Below are positions 6,202 to 16,157 of a DNA stretch of 25,656 nucleotides, in pieces; position 1 is the stretch's first letter, and the number at the start of each line of letters is the position of its first letter. Below the pieces are notes generated by a model. It made no database searches. It was not told the origin of the DNA and saw nothing but the letters and a program-made list of their open reading frames with translations. Source of the stretch: a virus (taxonomy: Duplodnaviria; Caudoviricetes); IMG/VR virus record IMGVR_UViG_3300033067_000753, positions 1 through 25,656 of that record; one strand, written 5' to 3'. Position numbers and translations under genes: made by a program.

Positions 6202-8220
6202 TTATTCTGGCCCGATGGCAAGCCATTGGATGTCTGCGGTAAACGTGGCTGTGCCAGATGAACCGTTGTAGATGTAGACAAGAAATTGAACCGTGGTTGT
6301 GGTGATTGTCAGCGGATAGGCCGCGACAACCTGAGAAGCGCCAAGCCCGCCAATCGGCACACAGCCAATAATGCACCAAGGTTTTGCGCTGTATGCCTGC
6401 GGGAATGTCGCGGTAGCCGTTACGCCAGAAAAACCACTTCCTGCGCTGACCGTTAACACCGTAGAGAACGAATACACACCCGCTTGCATCCGAATGCCAC
6501 CGGTCGGCGTGTAGTTGTTTGTGTTTGCTACGTTCCAATCTGTCGCGCTGCCGCCCTGCCGCCGGTAGAACTGCGGCATTCTGTCGCCCGCTTTTGTGTC
6601 GTCAATTGAATCCGCTGCAATCGCTGCGCCTGCAACCGACAAAGCCGGTAATGACACCGAACCCGCCGACACCGTTAGCCCGTTGGTTGCTGTTACGCTT
6701 GTGCCAGCGGTTAGGCTTCCGCCCACGGTCGTATTGCCGCTGGTGTCGATAATCAAACGATCATTTGTGCCAAGTGCCGATGATGCGCTGACTTTGAACT
6801 TATCCGAGTCGCTGTTATCTACGCCCTCGGCCCAGTTCTGCACGCCTGAAATGTCGTAGAGAATAAATGGATCGTTAGCCGATGCGCCCGCTACGCTTGC
6901 TTTCAGTTGCGCGTTGCTGTTTGCGGTGTTGCTGGTGTTTGTGGCCGACACAATGACGTTGCCACCCGATGACGACGCTGACGCGGCCATACCTGCCCCA
7001 CTGAACGAACCAGCGGAAGATGTAACGTTGCCGCTGAATGAACCGGTCGCGCCTGTAATGGCGCTGGATGCGGTCACGTTCGGCGCTGACACGTTGCCCG
7101 TCACAGTCATGTTGCCGGACGTGTCTACAACCACCTCGTCAGATGTGCCAAGCGCAGACGATGCCGAGATTTTGAATTTGTCGCTATCGCTGTTGTCAAT
7201 GCCGACTGACCAATCGGTTGAGCCTGAAACCTGATACTGCGTAAACGCATCGTTGGCGGTTGAACCTGCAACCTGAATCAACTCGCGTGCGTTGCTGCCT
7301 GCCGTGTTTGATGTGTTGGCCGTGGTGGTCGTCACCGTGCCGCCACTGCTCGATTTGGTTGTCGTGGTGTTCGCGCCCGCAATCGTGACATTGCCCGCTG
7401 ATGTCGCGGTGATGATGTCGGTTGAGCCAAGCGTAGCGCCTGCGGTGATCTTGAATTGGTCGCTGTCGCTATTGTCTAGCCCCACTGTCCAATCAGACAC
7501 ACCGCTGATGTTGAAGTTGATATACGGGTCATCACCGGACGCGCCCGCCGTAGAAATTTGCAACTGTGCCGCGCTGGATGCGGTGTTTGACGTGTTGCGG
7601 ATAATCTCTTGGGTCGTGCCACCTGATAGCGAACGCGATACGGTCAGACCGGCCACAGTGGGCGAACCAGTTGGCATGACGCGAATTTTCTTTGTGGTGC
7701 TATCAAAATCAATCGTAGCGTTATCCACCGCACCAGCCGCGCCGGGGTCAGTGATAAACCCGCGCTCATCCGTGACGGTAATTACGCCGCCCGTTGTGAT
7801 ACGCACTTGGGCCAAGCTGATTTCGTAGGTTGTGCTGTTCTGCGTAAGTGCTGGCGCGGTTGGGCTTACTGCCTCAGTGCCAGCCAAGCGCACTACGCGA
7901 ACCGTTTGCGCGGCGCTGCCATAGCGCAGAATGATTCTGTCGATACGCGGGTTTGTGACCGGCGTTGCAACTGCAACCGTCGTCGCCGCGTCGTTTTGAT
8001 ACCACGCGCCGTAAACCCACGCCACACCAGACGCAACACTGACCGGCGATGACGTGCCAGTGACAGCAAGCTCGTTTAGTTTGCCCTTTAGAATGCACGT
8101 TCCGGTTTCATCAACAATCTGAGATGTCCTGAACATCTCAATCATGTTTGCCGCGCTGTAACCACCGCCAGGGCCGTCCCCTACTCCTGTGGTCGAAAAA
8201 AATTGTGACCGCTCCGCCAA
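6202..8220 (-). CDS. Tail fibre/minor tail protein with three internal repeats
   Basis: TTG start with GAGGAGG RBS. N-terminal NPRIDRIILR...YEISLAQV...ITDER tail-attachment-type domain, Ser/Thr/Gly-rich repeats and a fibre-like C-terminus ending WLAIG. Confidence 0.8.
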   Translation of the reverse strand: MAERSQFFSTTGVGDGPGGGYSAANMIEMFRTSQIVDETGTCILKGKLNELAVTGTSSPVSVASGVAWVYGAWYQNDAATTVAVATPVTNPRIDRIILRYGSAAQTVRVVRLAGTEAVSPTAPALTQNSTTYEISLAQVRITTGGVITVTDERGFITDPGAAGAVDNATIDFDSTTKKIRVMPTGSPTVAGLTVSRSLSGGTTQEIIRNTSNTASSAAQLQISTAGASGDDPYINFNISGVSDWTVGLDNSDSDQFKITAGATLGSTDIITATSAGNVTIAGANTTTTKSSSGGTVTTTTANTSNTAGSNARELIQVAGSTANDAFTQYQVSGSTDWSVGIDNSDSDKFKISASSALGTSDEVVVDTSGNMTVTGNVSAPNVTASSAITGATGSFSGNVTSSAGSFSGAGMAASASSSGGNVIVSATNTSNTANSNAQLKASVAGASANDPFILYDISGVQNWAEGVDNSDSDKFKVSASSALGTNDRLIIDTSGNTTVGGSLTAGTSVTATNGLTVSAGSVSLPALSVAGAAIAADSIDDTKAGDRMPQFYRRQGGSATDWNVANTNNYTPTGGIRMQAGVYSFSTVLTVSAGSGFSGVTATATFPQAYSAKPWCIIGCVPIGGLGASQVVAAYPLTITTTTVQFLVYIYNGSSGTATFTADIQWLAIGPE
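6715..7610 (-). repeat. Three diverged ~75-80-aa repeats within the fibre gene
   Basis: NTSNTAxSxA...AGxxxxDxxxxxxxSGxxxWxxGxDNSDSDxFKxxAxxxLGxxD...GNxT occurs three times. Confidence 0.9.
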
Positions 8221-8241
8221 AGAATAATCCTCCTCACTGGC

Positions 8242-9129
8242 TTAAACACCAATGAAATACTTGTTGTATTGAAAAGTGACTGCTGTTGCTGCCGTCGCAC
8301 TTGTGCCTGTAACCGTGATTGAGTTATCCCCCGGTGCAAGGCTGAACGTCGCTAAATCCGATGTGCTTGAAAGATCGCCCGTTTTGACCGCGCCTAGTTG
8401 GTCGGTTATGCTCTTGTATCCATAGCGTGTATCAATGGTGTATGTTGTTCCGCCTCCGAGGTTTGTTGTAAACGTCAACGCATCGCCCGTTGTGTTATTG
8501 GTGATGCTGGGCGTATTGATTGGCCCAGTCAGTGAAATGATTGGGAATGACTCAATAGCCGCAACATCGCTCAATGAAATCGTGCTGGTTACACTGAGCG
8601 TTGACGAACCAAACGTAAACGGCGTAACCGCTGGCACGACAAACCCTGTGCCACCGCCCGACAACGCAAACGGCACGCTGATACCTTCGGGGTCATACGG
8701 AAACGGGTTATGCGCCGTGAGTTCCGCAACCGCCCGCTGTGTGAATCCAATACGGTCATCCGTGCTGAACTGCGGCGGGATACTTACCGAACAATCCCAC
8801 TGATATACACGATCCGGCGGGCGTGAATAGCGCAACTGAATCAGCGAGCGCGACGGGCGAAAGATGCGCAGCAGTTCGGCGCGGCGGTCGTGCCATGTTG
8901 CCTCGGTCGTTCCCATGCCGCTAAACGCGATTTGGATTTTGCGCGGCTCATAGCGAAAGTCTAGAAATGTGTCGCCGTGCTGCGCTGGGCCTCGGTTCGT
9001 AATCTCGCGCACACGCGGCGCACCCAACCCCGCAAGGCTCTGCGTGTTGTATAGAACGAGGTCGGTAAGATCGGCGTAATAACTGCCGTTAAAGACTTCG
9101 AGGGAGATTCTAGAGACTGTCCACGCCAT
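8242..9129 (-). CDS. Distal tail protein (Dit / siphovirus tail component)
   Basis: Directly follows the tape measure gene (TAATG overlap); motifs GPAQHGDTF...EPRKI, AHNPFPYD, FPIISLTGP and FSLAPGDNSI. Confidence 0.85.
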   Translation of the reverse strand: MAWTVSRISLEVFNGSYYADLTDLVLYNTQSLAGLGAPRVREITNRGPAQHGDTFLDFRYEPRKIQIAFSGMGTTEATWHDRRAELLRIFRPSRSLIQLRYSRPPDRVYQWDCSVSIPPQFSTDDRIGFTQRAVAELTAHNPFPYDPEGISVPFALSGGGTGFVVPAVTPFTFGSSTLSVTSTISLSDVAAIESFPIISLTGPINTPSITNNTTGDALTFTTNLGGGTTYTIDTRYGYKSITDQLGAVKTGDLSSTSDLATFSLAPGDNSITVTGTSATAATAVTFQYNKYFIGV

Positions 9130-11684
9130 TAGTTAGAACCTCCGTTCATCATTTGCAGGTACTGGACAGTCGATGGAATGTCACTATTAGCGGTGATTGG
9201 GTTTTGCACGTTGATGGTGTAGACGTTGGTTGTTGGGGTTGTTATCAGCGTTCCCCCCGGCACAGCGCCGCCCGATGCGGGGCTTGATGGTTGCCCACCT
9301 CCGCCAAGCAAACTTGACCCGATTGCCGTTGCTTGGATTGCCGTCCCTGCCAATGGAGACACCGCATTGATTGCGGCCATTAACAATGGTGAACCGCTAA
9401 TAGATTGTGCAAGCGATCCAAGCCCAGAACTACTAGAGCCGGATGGGGTTGACCCGCCACCGGTCAAACGGTCTAGCAAACTTACCGCCCCATCTAGAAG
9501 CATAATTAGTTTCGGCACAAGATCGGTAATCAGTCGTTCAATAAATGCGGTAATCTGTTTGCCGTGCTTCTCCCAAAACTCTTGCATCTTTACCATGAGC
9601 CGGTCAAACAACGGCATAAAGTCGCGCCCAATTACCTGCACAATGCCTTCAAAGTTGGCTTTCATTTCGTTTTGATGGCGCTGAAATTCAACCGCCGCTT
9701 TCACGCCATCATCACCAAGTAACTTATTTGCGTTCTTGGTTTTCTCCATCCAATCGGGCAACGTGTGCTGTGCGTATAGCTCGGCAATATCGTTTAGGTC
9801 TTTGCCGCTCTTACCGAACAGAGACATTTCAAGCGCTGCCTTGTTGGCACTGTCGGGCATTAACGCCAAACGCCCTAGAATCAAATCCATGCGCTTGTCT
9901 GGCGCTAGGTTTTCGATGTCGTGCCACTCAAGCCCCAAATCCTTAATCGCTTTAATGACGGGCGGCATTGTCTCTTGCGACTTCTGCAACTGTGCGTCTA
10001 GGTTGGTTTGGATCAGCCGCGTCACGCGCTCGTATTCGGTTTGTTCAACTTTTAGCCGCGCTTCACGGTCAGCAATGATTTTTTCTTGCGCGGTTTTGTT
10101 GTCTGTAACTTCTTGGTCGAATTTGCGCTTGGCCTCGGCTGCGCTACGGTCGTAGTCAGCCTTAAGCCGTGCGAGTCGTTTGTCCGCTTCCGCGTTGATG
10201 GTGGACGTTTGCGTTGCAAGTTCGGCGTTCTCAGTCGTAATGCGCGTGCGTAGTTCTGCAACCCGTGACACTGTATCGTTTTGCAGCTTGGCAAAATCTT
10301 CCGCGTATTTCGCGTCGGCCTCGGCCTTTTCTTTCGCGTTCTGGTCGCGGATGTCGGCTAATCGGCGCTCATTTTCTTCGGACTCTTGCGCCTTGCGCCG
10401 GTCGGCCTGTTTCTGCTTTAACGCTATATCTTCATCAGCGCGTATCTGTTCTTCTGCCGCGTCGTCCTGCATTTTTTGCCGACGCGCTGCGGTGTCTTTC
10501 TCTAACGCGGCCAGTTTGTCTTGCAAACTCTTGCGCGTTTTGTCGTCGGTGGCTGTGGCGATTTGTGTTTCAAGATCAACACGGCTCGCGGCGTAATCGC
10601 GCTCAAATCGTTCCAGCGCTCGTTTGTTGTCTAGCTCCCGAATCTCGCGCTTATCAACCGCATCTAGCCGCGCATCATTTAATGATTGATCGATGCCGCG
10701 CAACTTGTCAGCATAGGATTGTTCCTGCTGGGCGATACGCTCTTTGCCACGCTCAACGACTTCGTTAACCTGCTTCTGTAAGTCGGCTTGTTTTTCAGCC
10801 AACCTTGCTTGCTGGTCTGTGATGTCGTCATTAAGTTTTTTGATGGTTTCAGCGGTCGATTTCTGTGATCGTTCTACTGACTCTTGCCGTGATTCGTTGA
10901 TGTCCGCGATGGACTCATTGAGTTTACGTTCGGCTTCTTCACGGCTGCGCCTGTATTCATCCTCACGCCGTGTCTCTTGTTCGCGCAAATCCTGCAAGCG
11001 CTCAAAAGCGGCGGCTTGCAGTTGGGTCATCTTCTCTAGATGTTTGGCTTGTGCGTCTTGATTTTTCTGTAGCGCTTCAGCTCGATCCACCGCCTCTTGC
11101 CGCTGGATTTTTGCCGCTTGCTCACCCGCCTCTCTAAATATGCGAGCATTGGCGCTCATCATCTGCGCAATCTGTTCTGTGGATACGCCCGCGATTTCGC
11201 CCACATGCGCGAGCGTAGAGGCATACTCAGCCGTGAACCCTGTCACGTCCTGAATGCCATCTATTGCGCTCCCCCAATTGGCCGCCGCATTGGTAGCCGC
11301 GTATGCGCCCTCTACAATCTTTGCCAGCGCAATTGCCAACCCCGCAACCACCGCAACCACGGCCACAACCGCTACAGCGGCGGTCGCCATGCCGCCGCCA
11401 ATGGCCGCGCCTGCCGATTCGCCCGCAGGCCCAAGCCCTAAAATGCTGTCGGCCAACCCGCCGAATTTGTCTCCTAGTGGGCCGGGGAGATTTTCTAGCG
11501 ATTTGAAATGGCCGTGGAGTTGTTGTAGTTCGGGGGAGAGTTTACTTAGCGCCTCTTGTTCTTTGCTAAGTTTCTTTACCCCATCTGCGGCCTTCTCAGC
11601 AGACGCGCCGGTTTCATCCAGCGCTTTTTTTGCGCCCGACGAATCCCCGGTAATTGTGATTTTTAACTCACGATTGTCTGCCAT
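9129..11684 (-). CDS. Tail tape measure protein
   Basis: 851 aa; N-terminal LKITITGDSSGA, hydrophobic Ala/Val stretch, helical and coiled-coil body, MSLFGKSG motif; lies between chaperone and Dit. Confidence 0.9.
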   Translation of the reverse strand: MADNRELKITITGDSSGAKKALDETGASAEKAADGVKKLSKEQEALSKLSPELQQLHGHFKSLENLPGPLGDKFGGLADSILGLGPAGESAGAAIGGGMATAAVAVVAVVAVVAGLAIALAKIVEGAYAATNAAANWGSAIDGIQDVTGFTAEYASTLAHVGEIAGVSTEQIAQMMSANARIFREAGEQAAKIQRQEAVDRAEALQKNQDAQAKHLEKMTQLQAAAFERLQDLREQETRREDEYRRSREEAERKLNESIADINESRQESVERSQKSTAETIKKLNDDITDQQARLAEKQADLQKQVNEVVERGKERIAQQEQSYADKLRGIDQSLNDARLDAVDKREIRELDNKRALERFERDYAASRVDLETQIATATDDKTRKSLQDKLAALEKDTAARRQKMQDDAAEEQIRADEDIALKQKQADRRKAQESEENERRLADIRDQNAKEKAEADAKYAEDFAKLQNDTVSRVAELRTRITTENAELATQTSTINAEADKRLARLKADYDRSAAEAKRKFDQEVTDNKTAQEKIIADREARLKVEQTEYERVTRLIQTNLDAQLQKSQETMPPVIKAIKDLGLEWHDIENLAPDKRMDLILGRLALMPDSANKAALEMSLFGKSGKDLNDIAELYAQHTLPDWMEKTKNANKLLGDDGVKAAVEFQRHQNEMKANFEGIVQVIGRDFMPLFDRLMVKMQEFWEKHGKQITAFIERLITDLVPKLIMLLDGAVSLLDRLTGGGSTPSGSSSSGLGSLAQSISGSPLLMAAINAVSPLAGTAIQATAIGSSLLGGGGQPSSPASGGAVPGGTLITTPTTNVYTINVQNPITANSDIPSTVQYLQMMNGGSN

Positions 11685-11725
11685 GATTGGTATTGAGGCG
11701 CGGCGCTATGCGGCGCAGGTGCGTG

Positions 11726-11998
11726 TTATTTGCCGATAGCAATCAATGTGCTGCCAAGTGTGGCGAGGTCGTTGGCCGATGCTTCATTGAGTAAAAAATC
11801 TTCGGCGGCTTCTCGTTCTGACTCATCGACCAAATACATTGCGCACTTAATCAGCGCTTGAATGTCGGCCCGCGATGGAATCTTTTTTGTAGCCAGCGCC
11901 GTGACAACGGCTTGCGCATCTTCCAACGCAGCGTAAAACCCTAGCACGCCCTTTGTATCTGCGTCGGGCGTGCGTAGTTTCAATTCAAAGTTACTCAT
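11726..11998 (-). CDS. Probable tail assembly chaperone
   Basis: 90-aa helical protein between tail tube and tape measure (positional inference). Confidence 0.6.
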   Translation of the reverse strand: MSNFELKLRTPDADTKGVLGFYAALEDAQAVVTALATKKIPSRADIQALIKCAMYLVDESEREAAEDFLLNEASANDLATLGSTLIAIGK

Positions 11999-12001
11999 AC
12001 G

Positions 12002-13018
12002 TTACACAAGCGTTGAAACGCTGTTCGTGTTGCTATACGTAAACCAGTTCGACAACGAAGATGAGTAGGCGTTCTCAAGCGATAGTTTCACAACCACCGT
12101 GTTATTGCCCGCCTCGTTGATCTTCACACTGGTCAACTGTGATCCGCCCATGTCGAATTGGAAGATAGCCGTTGAACCGGTCGTGAACTTCACACGCACC
12201 AGCTTTTGAAACACGGTCGCCGTGCCGAATGTCGCATCAACAAACGCCTTATTTGCCGCGTTCCAGAACAACGTCAGGTCAAGCTTGCCGTCCCACTCTG
12301 CGCCTTCAATCCATGTTACGGCGCTTGGCCCGCCTAGCTGTTGATCCAACACGCGGTTGCTCTCTAGCTTGAGGCTCATTTCATAACCCGCAGGCGTGAT
12401 TGCTGTCGTGCCAGCCGTGCCGCCCAACGAATCCATGAATAGCGTCATGTCGTTACCCATGATTGGGGTCACGGTGCGGTCAGTCAGCGTACCCGTTGCG
12501 GCAGGTGTGGCCGTGGTGGATGCAACCGATTGGCACAGGCGCTCGACATCCATCGTTACCATGTCGCCGGTCTTGGCGCTGATGGTGATTGACTTGCCAA
12601 TGCAGCCGAGGTGTCGGTAAAAGAAACCATCGGTCGAATCGAGGTTGCTCACATACATCGTCTGCTTGCGCGGCGTGGCAACCACAGCGGTCAGCGGGGC
12701 GCTTGCGGTGCGAACGTATGGGCCAGCGCCGGACGGTGTAACTTCCCCAAACATCTGCTCAAGGTGATACGAAATGTCCTGATACGTGGCAATGTGCTTC
12801 CACGTAAACGCGGGCGGGATTTCGCTTGCGCGGGCGGAGAGATACGCGCCTTTCGCCAGCGACCCGCGGATGCTTGGGATCGTGATGTATTTCGCGCCGG
12901 GGTCAACCACTGGCGCGTCAATCACGTCCATGAGTTTGTAAGTAGCGGTAACGCCGGTTCCCCAAGTCGTTTCTTTACCGGCTGTGACTACACTTAGATT
13001 AGGAATCAATGGGGCCAT
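12002..13018 (-). CDS. Major tail tube protein
   Basis: 338 aa, Thr-rich, N-terminal GKETTWGT motif typical of phage tail tube proteins; canonical position. Confidence 0.85.
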   Translation of the reverse strand: MAPLIPNLSVVTAGKETTWGTGVTATYKLMDVIDAPVVDPGAKYITIPSIRGSLAKGAYLSARASEIPPAFTWKHIATYQDISYHLEQMFGEVTPSGAGPYVRTASAPLTAVVATPRKQTMYVSNLDSTDGFFYRHLGCIGKSITISAKTGDMVTMDVERLCQSVASTTATPAATGTLTDRTVTPIMGNDMTLFMDSLGGTAGTTAITPAGYEMSLKLESNRVLDQQLGGPSAVTWIEGAEWDGKLDLTLFWNAANKAFVDATFGTATVFQKLVRVKFTTGSTAIFQFDMGGSQLTSVKINEAGNNTVVVKLSLENAYSSSLSNWFTYSNTNSVSTLV

Positions 13019-13255
13019 TTAGTTATTGCCCTCCTGTTCGTTGTTGAATGTCGCGCCGGGTTGCGGTGCGGGTGTTTCGGGTTCTGGTTGCGGTGTTGCC
13101 GCCGGCACGTCATACAATCCACTCGCGGCGGCGTGCGTGCGTTGTGCTTCGCTCAGTGCGGCCCACTCATCAGCGGTTAGGTCACGCGCTGGAATGCCGT
13201 TGATGAACGCGAGCGGATTACCTTGTTCGTCAAACTCGCCTAGAAAGTGAATCAT
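13019..13255 (-). CDS. Small hypothetical virion-module protein
   Basis: 78 aa, GIPARDLTADEW motif with a Pro-rich tail; tightly packed in the operon with a GAGG RBS. Confidence 0.7.
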   Translation of the reverse strand: MIHFLGEFDEQGNPLAFINGIPARDLTADEWAALSEAQRTHAAASGLYDVPAATPQPEPETPAPQPGATFNNEQEGNN

Positions 13256-13262
13256 GGTTGCC

Positions 13263-13748
13263 TCACGGCCAAATGTTCTCGGTGTATGTCAGTTCACAGG
13301 TCACGCCGTAGTAATTGACATTGGAGAACAACGGATACTCAATAACGTTTGGCGCAATAGAGAAGCCCGTCAGGATGATGGATTTACCAGTCACCGGACT
13401 ACGCTGCGAGAGCGGAAGGTCAACATAAGCCGCCGCGTATTCCATCAACAGCGGCAGATGCTCTGCTAACCCGATGCCGCTTGATGTCGTTGCAAACAGC
13501 GCCACATCCGTAATCGTCCATGTCATTTGAGTAATGGGCGATACGCCGAGGTGCTGTGCTTGTGCGGTTGAGTTGCCCACACCCGCACTAAACGACATCA
13601 GTAAACGGATTGGCAGATTGGCGGTGTCAATGCGGTTTGGGAATTCGTTCTGTTTGCGTGCGGTGAGTGAAATTCCCTTGCTTGCAATCGGCACGGCGTA
13701 ATCTGCAATCGCGCTGTAGATGCTCTCGATAGCGCTCGAAATCGTCAT
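13263..13748 (-). CDS. Putative tail terminator/neck protein
   Basis: 161 aa, coupled by an ATGA overlap to the connector gene; positional inference. Confidence 0.6.
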   Translation of the reverse strand: MTISSAIESIYSAIADYAVPIASKGISLTARKQNEFPNRIDTANLPIRLLMSFSAGVGNSTAQAQHLGVSPITQMTWTITDVALFATTSSGIGLAEHLPLLMEYAAAYVDLPLSQRSPVTGKSIILTGFSIAPNVIEYPLFSNVNYYGVTCELTYTENIWP

Positions 13749-14332
13749 CGTGATAGCCTGCGATGTGGCGCGAGTAGCTGAACCACGTCAGGGGGGATAT
13801 TGCTGGGCATGACCGTTACGCCATCAGGCGACACAATCGGGCGATCTTCCGCCGCGCTCGTGTCCTTCTGGCGATATAGCCACGTCGCCAACCGAATCGC
13901 CGCCTGTTTGATGTGCGTGTGAACCGCAGTAAAACTCGCGTCGTCCGTGTATCCCCATTTGCCCGTTACCGCAATCGTGCCGTCAACGTTGAAGCTCCAA
14001 ACGCTTGTGCTGTATTTCATGCGCAACATTGAGTAAGGCGGGCCTTGATTCAATGGCTCTAGAAACACATCGGATGTTTGTAGCGTTGTGCCGTTGCCGT
14101 TGACCAACCCCGTGAGTTGGAGCAAGTCTTCATCCAAGAGGAGAAGTTGCCCCTGCACACGGGATTGGGTCTGTCTGTAGTAGCGGGTCTGCGTTGCTGG
14201 AACTAGCTTGCGCCGCGTAAAGTCCTCTATGTAGCTTTGCGCTGCGGTGATGAGGGTATCCAATAGTTCATCATCGGATGACGATGAAATCTTGGCGTAC
14301 GCCTTCACTTCCGCGACAGTGACAATGCTCAT
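13745..14332 (-). CDS. Head-tail connector/adaptor (gp6/gp15-like)
   Basis: VTVAEVKAY...DDELLDTLITAAQSYIEDFTRR N-terminus, IKQAAIRLA...Y, and IPPDVVQLLAPHRR C-terminus. Confidence 0.9.
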   Translation of the reverse strand: MSIVTVAEVKAYAKISSSSDDELLDTLITAAQSYIEDFTRRKLVPATQTRYYRQTQSRVQGQLLLLDEDLLQLTGLVNGNGTTLQTSDVFLEPLNQGPPYSMLRMKYSTSVWSFNVDGTIAVTGKWGYTDDASFTAVHTHIKQAAIRLATWLYRQKDTSAAEDRPIVSPDGVTVMPSNIPPDVVQLLAPHRRLSR

Positions 14333-14347
14333 AGATGACTCGCGCTA

Positions 14348-14806
14348 TTAGTTCGTAGTGAACAAGTTCACGTTCTGCGTCAAGCCGCTGGTTGGCGGGG
14401 CGATGCGCTCGCCGATCAGGATCGCAACAATGCCAACCGCAACGGTCTTGGTGTTGGTCGCCTGATACTTCGCGCTCAACCAGTAAAAGCCGTTGGCGCT
14501 GTCAACTTGCCCTGCGCGGATTTCAATCGCGTAGAGCTTGCTGCCGCCTGCGGCATCGGTAAACGTGGTTAGTGCAGCGTTAGTGATGTCTTTGGTCGTG
14601 CCGCTGGACGATGCGTTTGATTGGCAGAGTTTCACGTCTACGTTTGTTGCAGCCGCAATTGCGCCCACGTCAACCAAGACAGTGATGAACTCAGCGCCGC
14701 GCAAATCCACACGGCTTGTTTCGACGTAAGCGCCTGAGCCAGTGATGGTCTGCGCAACGAGTAGCTGCGAGAAGGCAGCGGAGCGGGTAAGGTTATGGAA
14801 TGCCAT
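14348..14806 (-). CDS. Putative capsid decoration/accessory protein
   Basis: 152-aa beta-rich protein immediately after the major capsid gene, with a strong AGGAGG RBS. Confidence 0.7.
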   Translation of the reverse strand: MAFHNLTRSAAFSQLLVAQTITGSGAYVETSRVDLRGAEFITVLVDVGAIAAATNVDVKLCQSNASSSGTTKDITNAALTTFTDAAGGSKLYAIEIRAGQVDSANGFYWLSAKYQATNTKTVAVGIVAILIGERIAPPTSGLTQNVNLFTTN

Positions 14807-14824
14807 TTGTTGTGCCTCCTGCGA

Positions 14825-16153
14825 TTAGGTCGTCTTGTAGACCACGAAGCGCCAACCCTCAGACACCTGACCACCCAAGCGGCGGCGACAAATGAAGATG
14901 GCTTGATTTGCGCGGGCGGTGGCGCTGTCGAGATAGCGTTCCACACTCATCCCGACTCGATCCGCGATGGTGTAACCACGGAAGTCGCCGAAAATGCCCA
15001 CGTAGTTGTTCGTGCCAGCAGACGGCAACGCCTCAGACTCATAGAGGGGATACCCAGCCAATTGGTTGGGCTGACCCGCCGCAAGGTTCTGGATGTTGTC
15101 GCTCCACAGGTAGCGGTTCTGCGAATCCTTCAAACCACGAACCACACCGACGCTGGTTTTGTTGAACAGCCAAGCGGCATTGCTGCGGTATTGGTAGTCC
15201 AGCAAATACGGGGTCGAGGCAACACCATCAGCGGTAATTGCGGTTGCAGTGGACTTGGTTTGCACATCGCTATCGAACGGGCCACCGGTTGTAGCGTCCT
15301 TGAGAATGCCCTGCGGCTTGCCCACGCCATCACCCACCAAGAATTTCTCATCCTCGTCAATCGCGCCAGCATTGGCAAACGCAACCGCCAAGTGATTCTC
15401 AATTGGGAAAGCGGGGTCTTCCAACATCGGGCGAGAAACCGACGTCTCCATCATTTGAGTGTTGACGGGGATCGTCAACTGCCCGAACGTAGCGTTGGTT
15501 GCAGCCGTGCCAGCGGTGGGCGACTCATCCACCCACGTAGAGCGAACGGCGCTGATGCGGCGGCTATCACCACCTGTGGCCTTGGGGATCACCAAGCGAT
15601 CACTGGAAGTGGTCAACACTGTGCCGAGCTTGCGCATCACGGTAAGACCGGGCAAGCGCATGATGATGTCAGCGCGGAAATCTTCGGGGACGATATAGCC
15701 GCCGAGGGTGTCGCTAGACTCAACCTGTGCGGCCTTCATTTCGGCCACAGTCATGCCAGCGGCAACGCCGTTCACGATCTGCTCAGGCGAATAAACCATC
15801 ACGCGGGCGAGTTCATCTTCTCGACCAGTGCGGATGTAGTTGCGAAAACCCACGGACTTGCGGTGTGAAACGCCCATGAAATCGCCGTAGAGTTCTTTGG
15901 CAACTTGCGCGTTGGCGGCGGTTGGTTCGCCAAACTTCTTCACATACCACGTCTTGATGGACGCGGGGGTTTCTTTCTCTTGCGACTCTGCGGCAGGCTC
16001 ACCCATCGGCAAGCGCACCGGCTCTGCGGCCACGTCAAACGTCTCAAGGGCTTTCATCGCTTTGGCGCGTTCGGTCAAATCTTTCGCGTCATCCAAGCGG
16101 CCCTCAACAATGGCCTTGCGAGCATCTTCAACGAATTGTTTAACGTTGCTCAT
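14825..16153 (-). CDS. Major capsid protein, HK97 fold
   Basis: GGYIVPEDF, FLVGDGVGKPQGIL, LKDSQNRYLW, LAGYP and FGDF motifs; N-terminal delta-like helical region; AGGAG RBS. Confidence 0.95.
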   Translation of the reverse strand: MSNVKQFVEDARKAIVEGRLDDAKDLTERAKAMKALETFDVAAEPVRLPMGEPAAESQEKETPASIKTWYVKKFGEPTAANAQVAKELYGDFMGVSHRKSVGFRNYIRTGREDELARVMVYSPEQIVNGVAAGMTVAEMKAAQVESSDTLGGYIVPEDFRADIIMRLPGLTVMRKLGTVLTTSSDRLVIPKATGGDSRRISAVRSTWVDESPTAGTAATNATFGQLTIPVNTQMMETSVSRPMLEDPAFPIENHLAVAFANAGAIDEDEKFLVGDGVGKPQGILKDATTGGPFDSDVQTKSTATAITADGVASTPYLLDYQYRSNAAWLFNKTSVGVVRGLKDSQNRYLWSDNIQNLAAGQPNQLAGYPLYESEALPSAGTNNYVGIFGDFRGYTIADRVGMSVERYLDSATARANQAIFICRRRLGGQVSEGWRFVVYKTT

Positions 16154-16157
16154 GTAT

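Noticed and set aside
2446-8220. Diversity-generating retroelement target/template repeats in the fibre genes
   Set aside because: No reverse transcriptase is present and I noticed no near-identical nucleotide repeat differing only at adenines; the fibre repeats are diverged at all bases.
11685-11740. Programmed frameshift producing a G-T type tail chaperone or chaperone-TMP fusion
   Set aside because: Only 41 nt separate the genes, there is no canonical slippery heptamer, the -1 frame hits TAG within ~8 codons and the +1 frame also stops quickly.
14795-15868. 357-aa + strand ORF, and the many other + strand ORFs from 2639 to 25360
   Set aside because: Antisense shadows of well-supported - strand genes, with no recognisable motifs.
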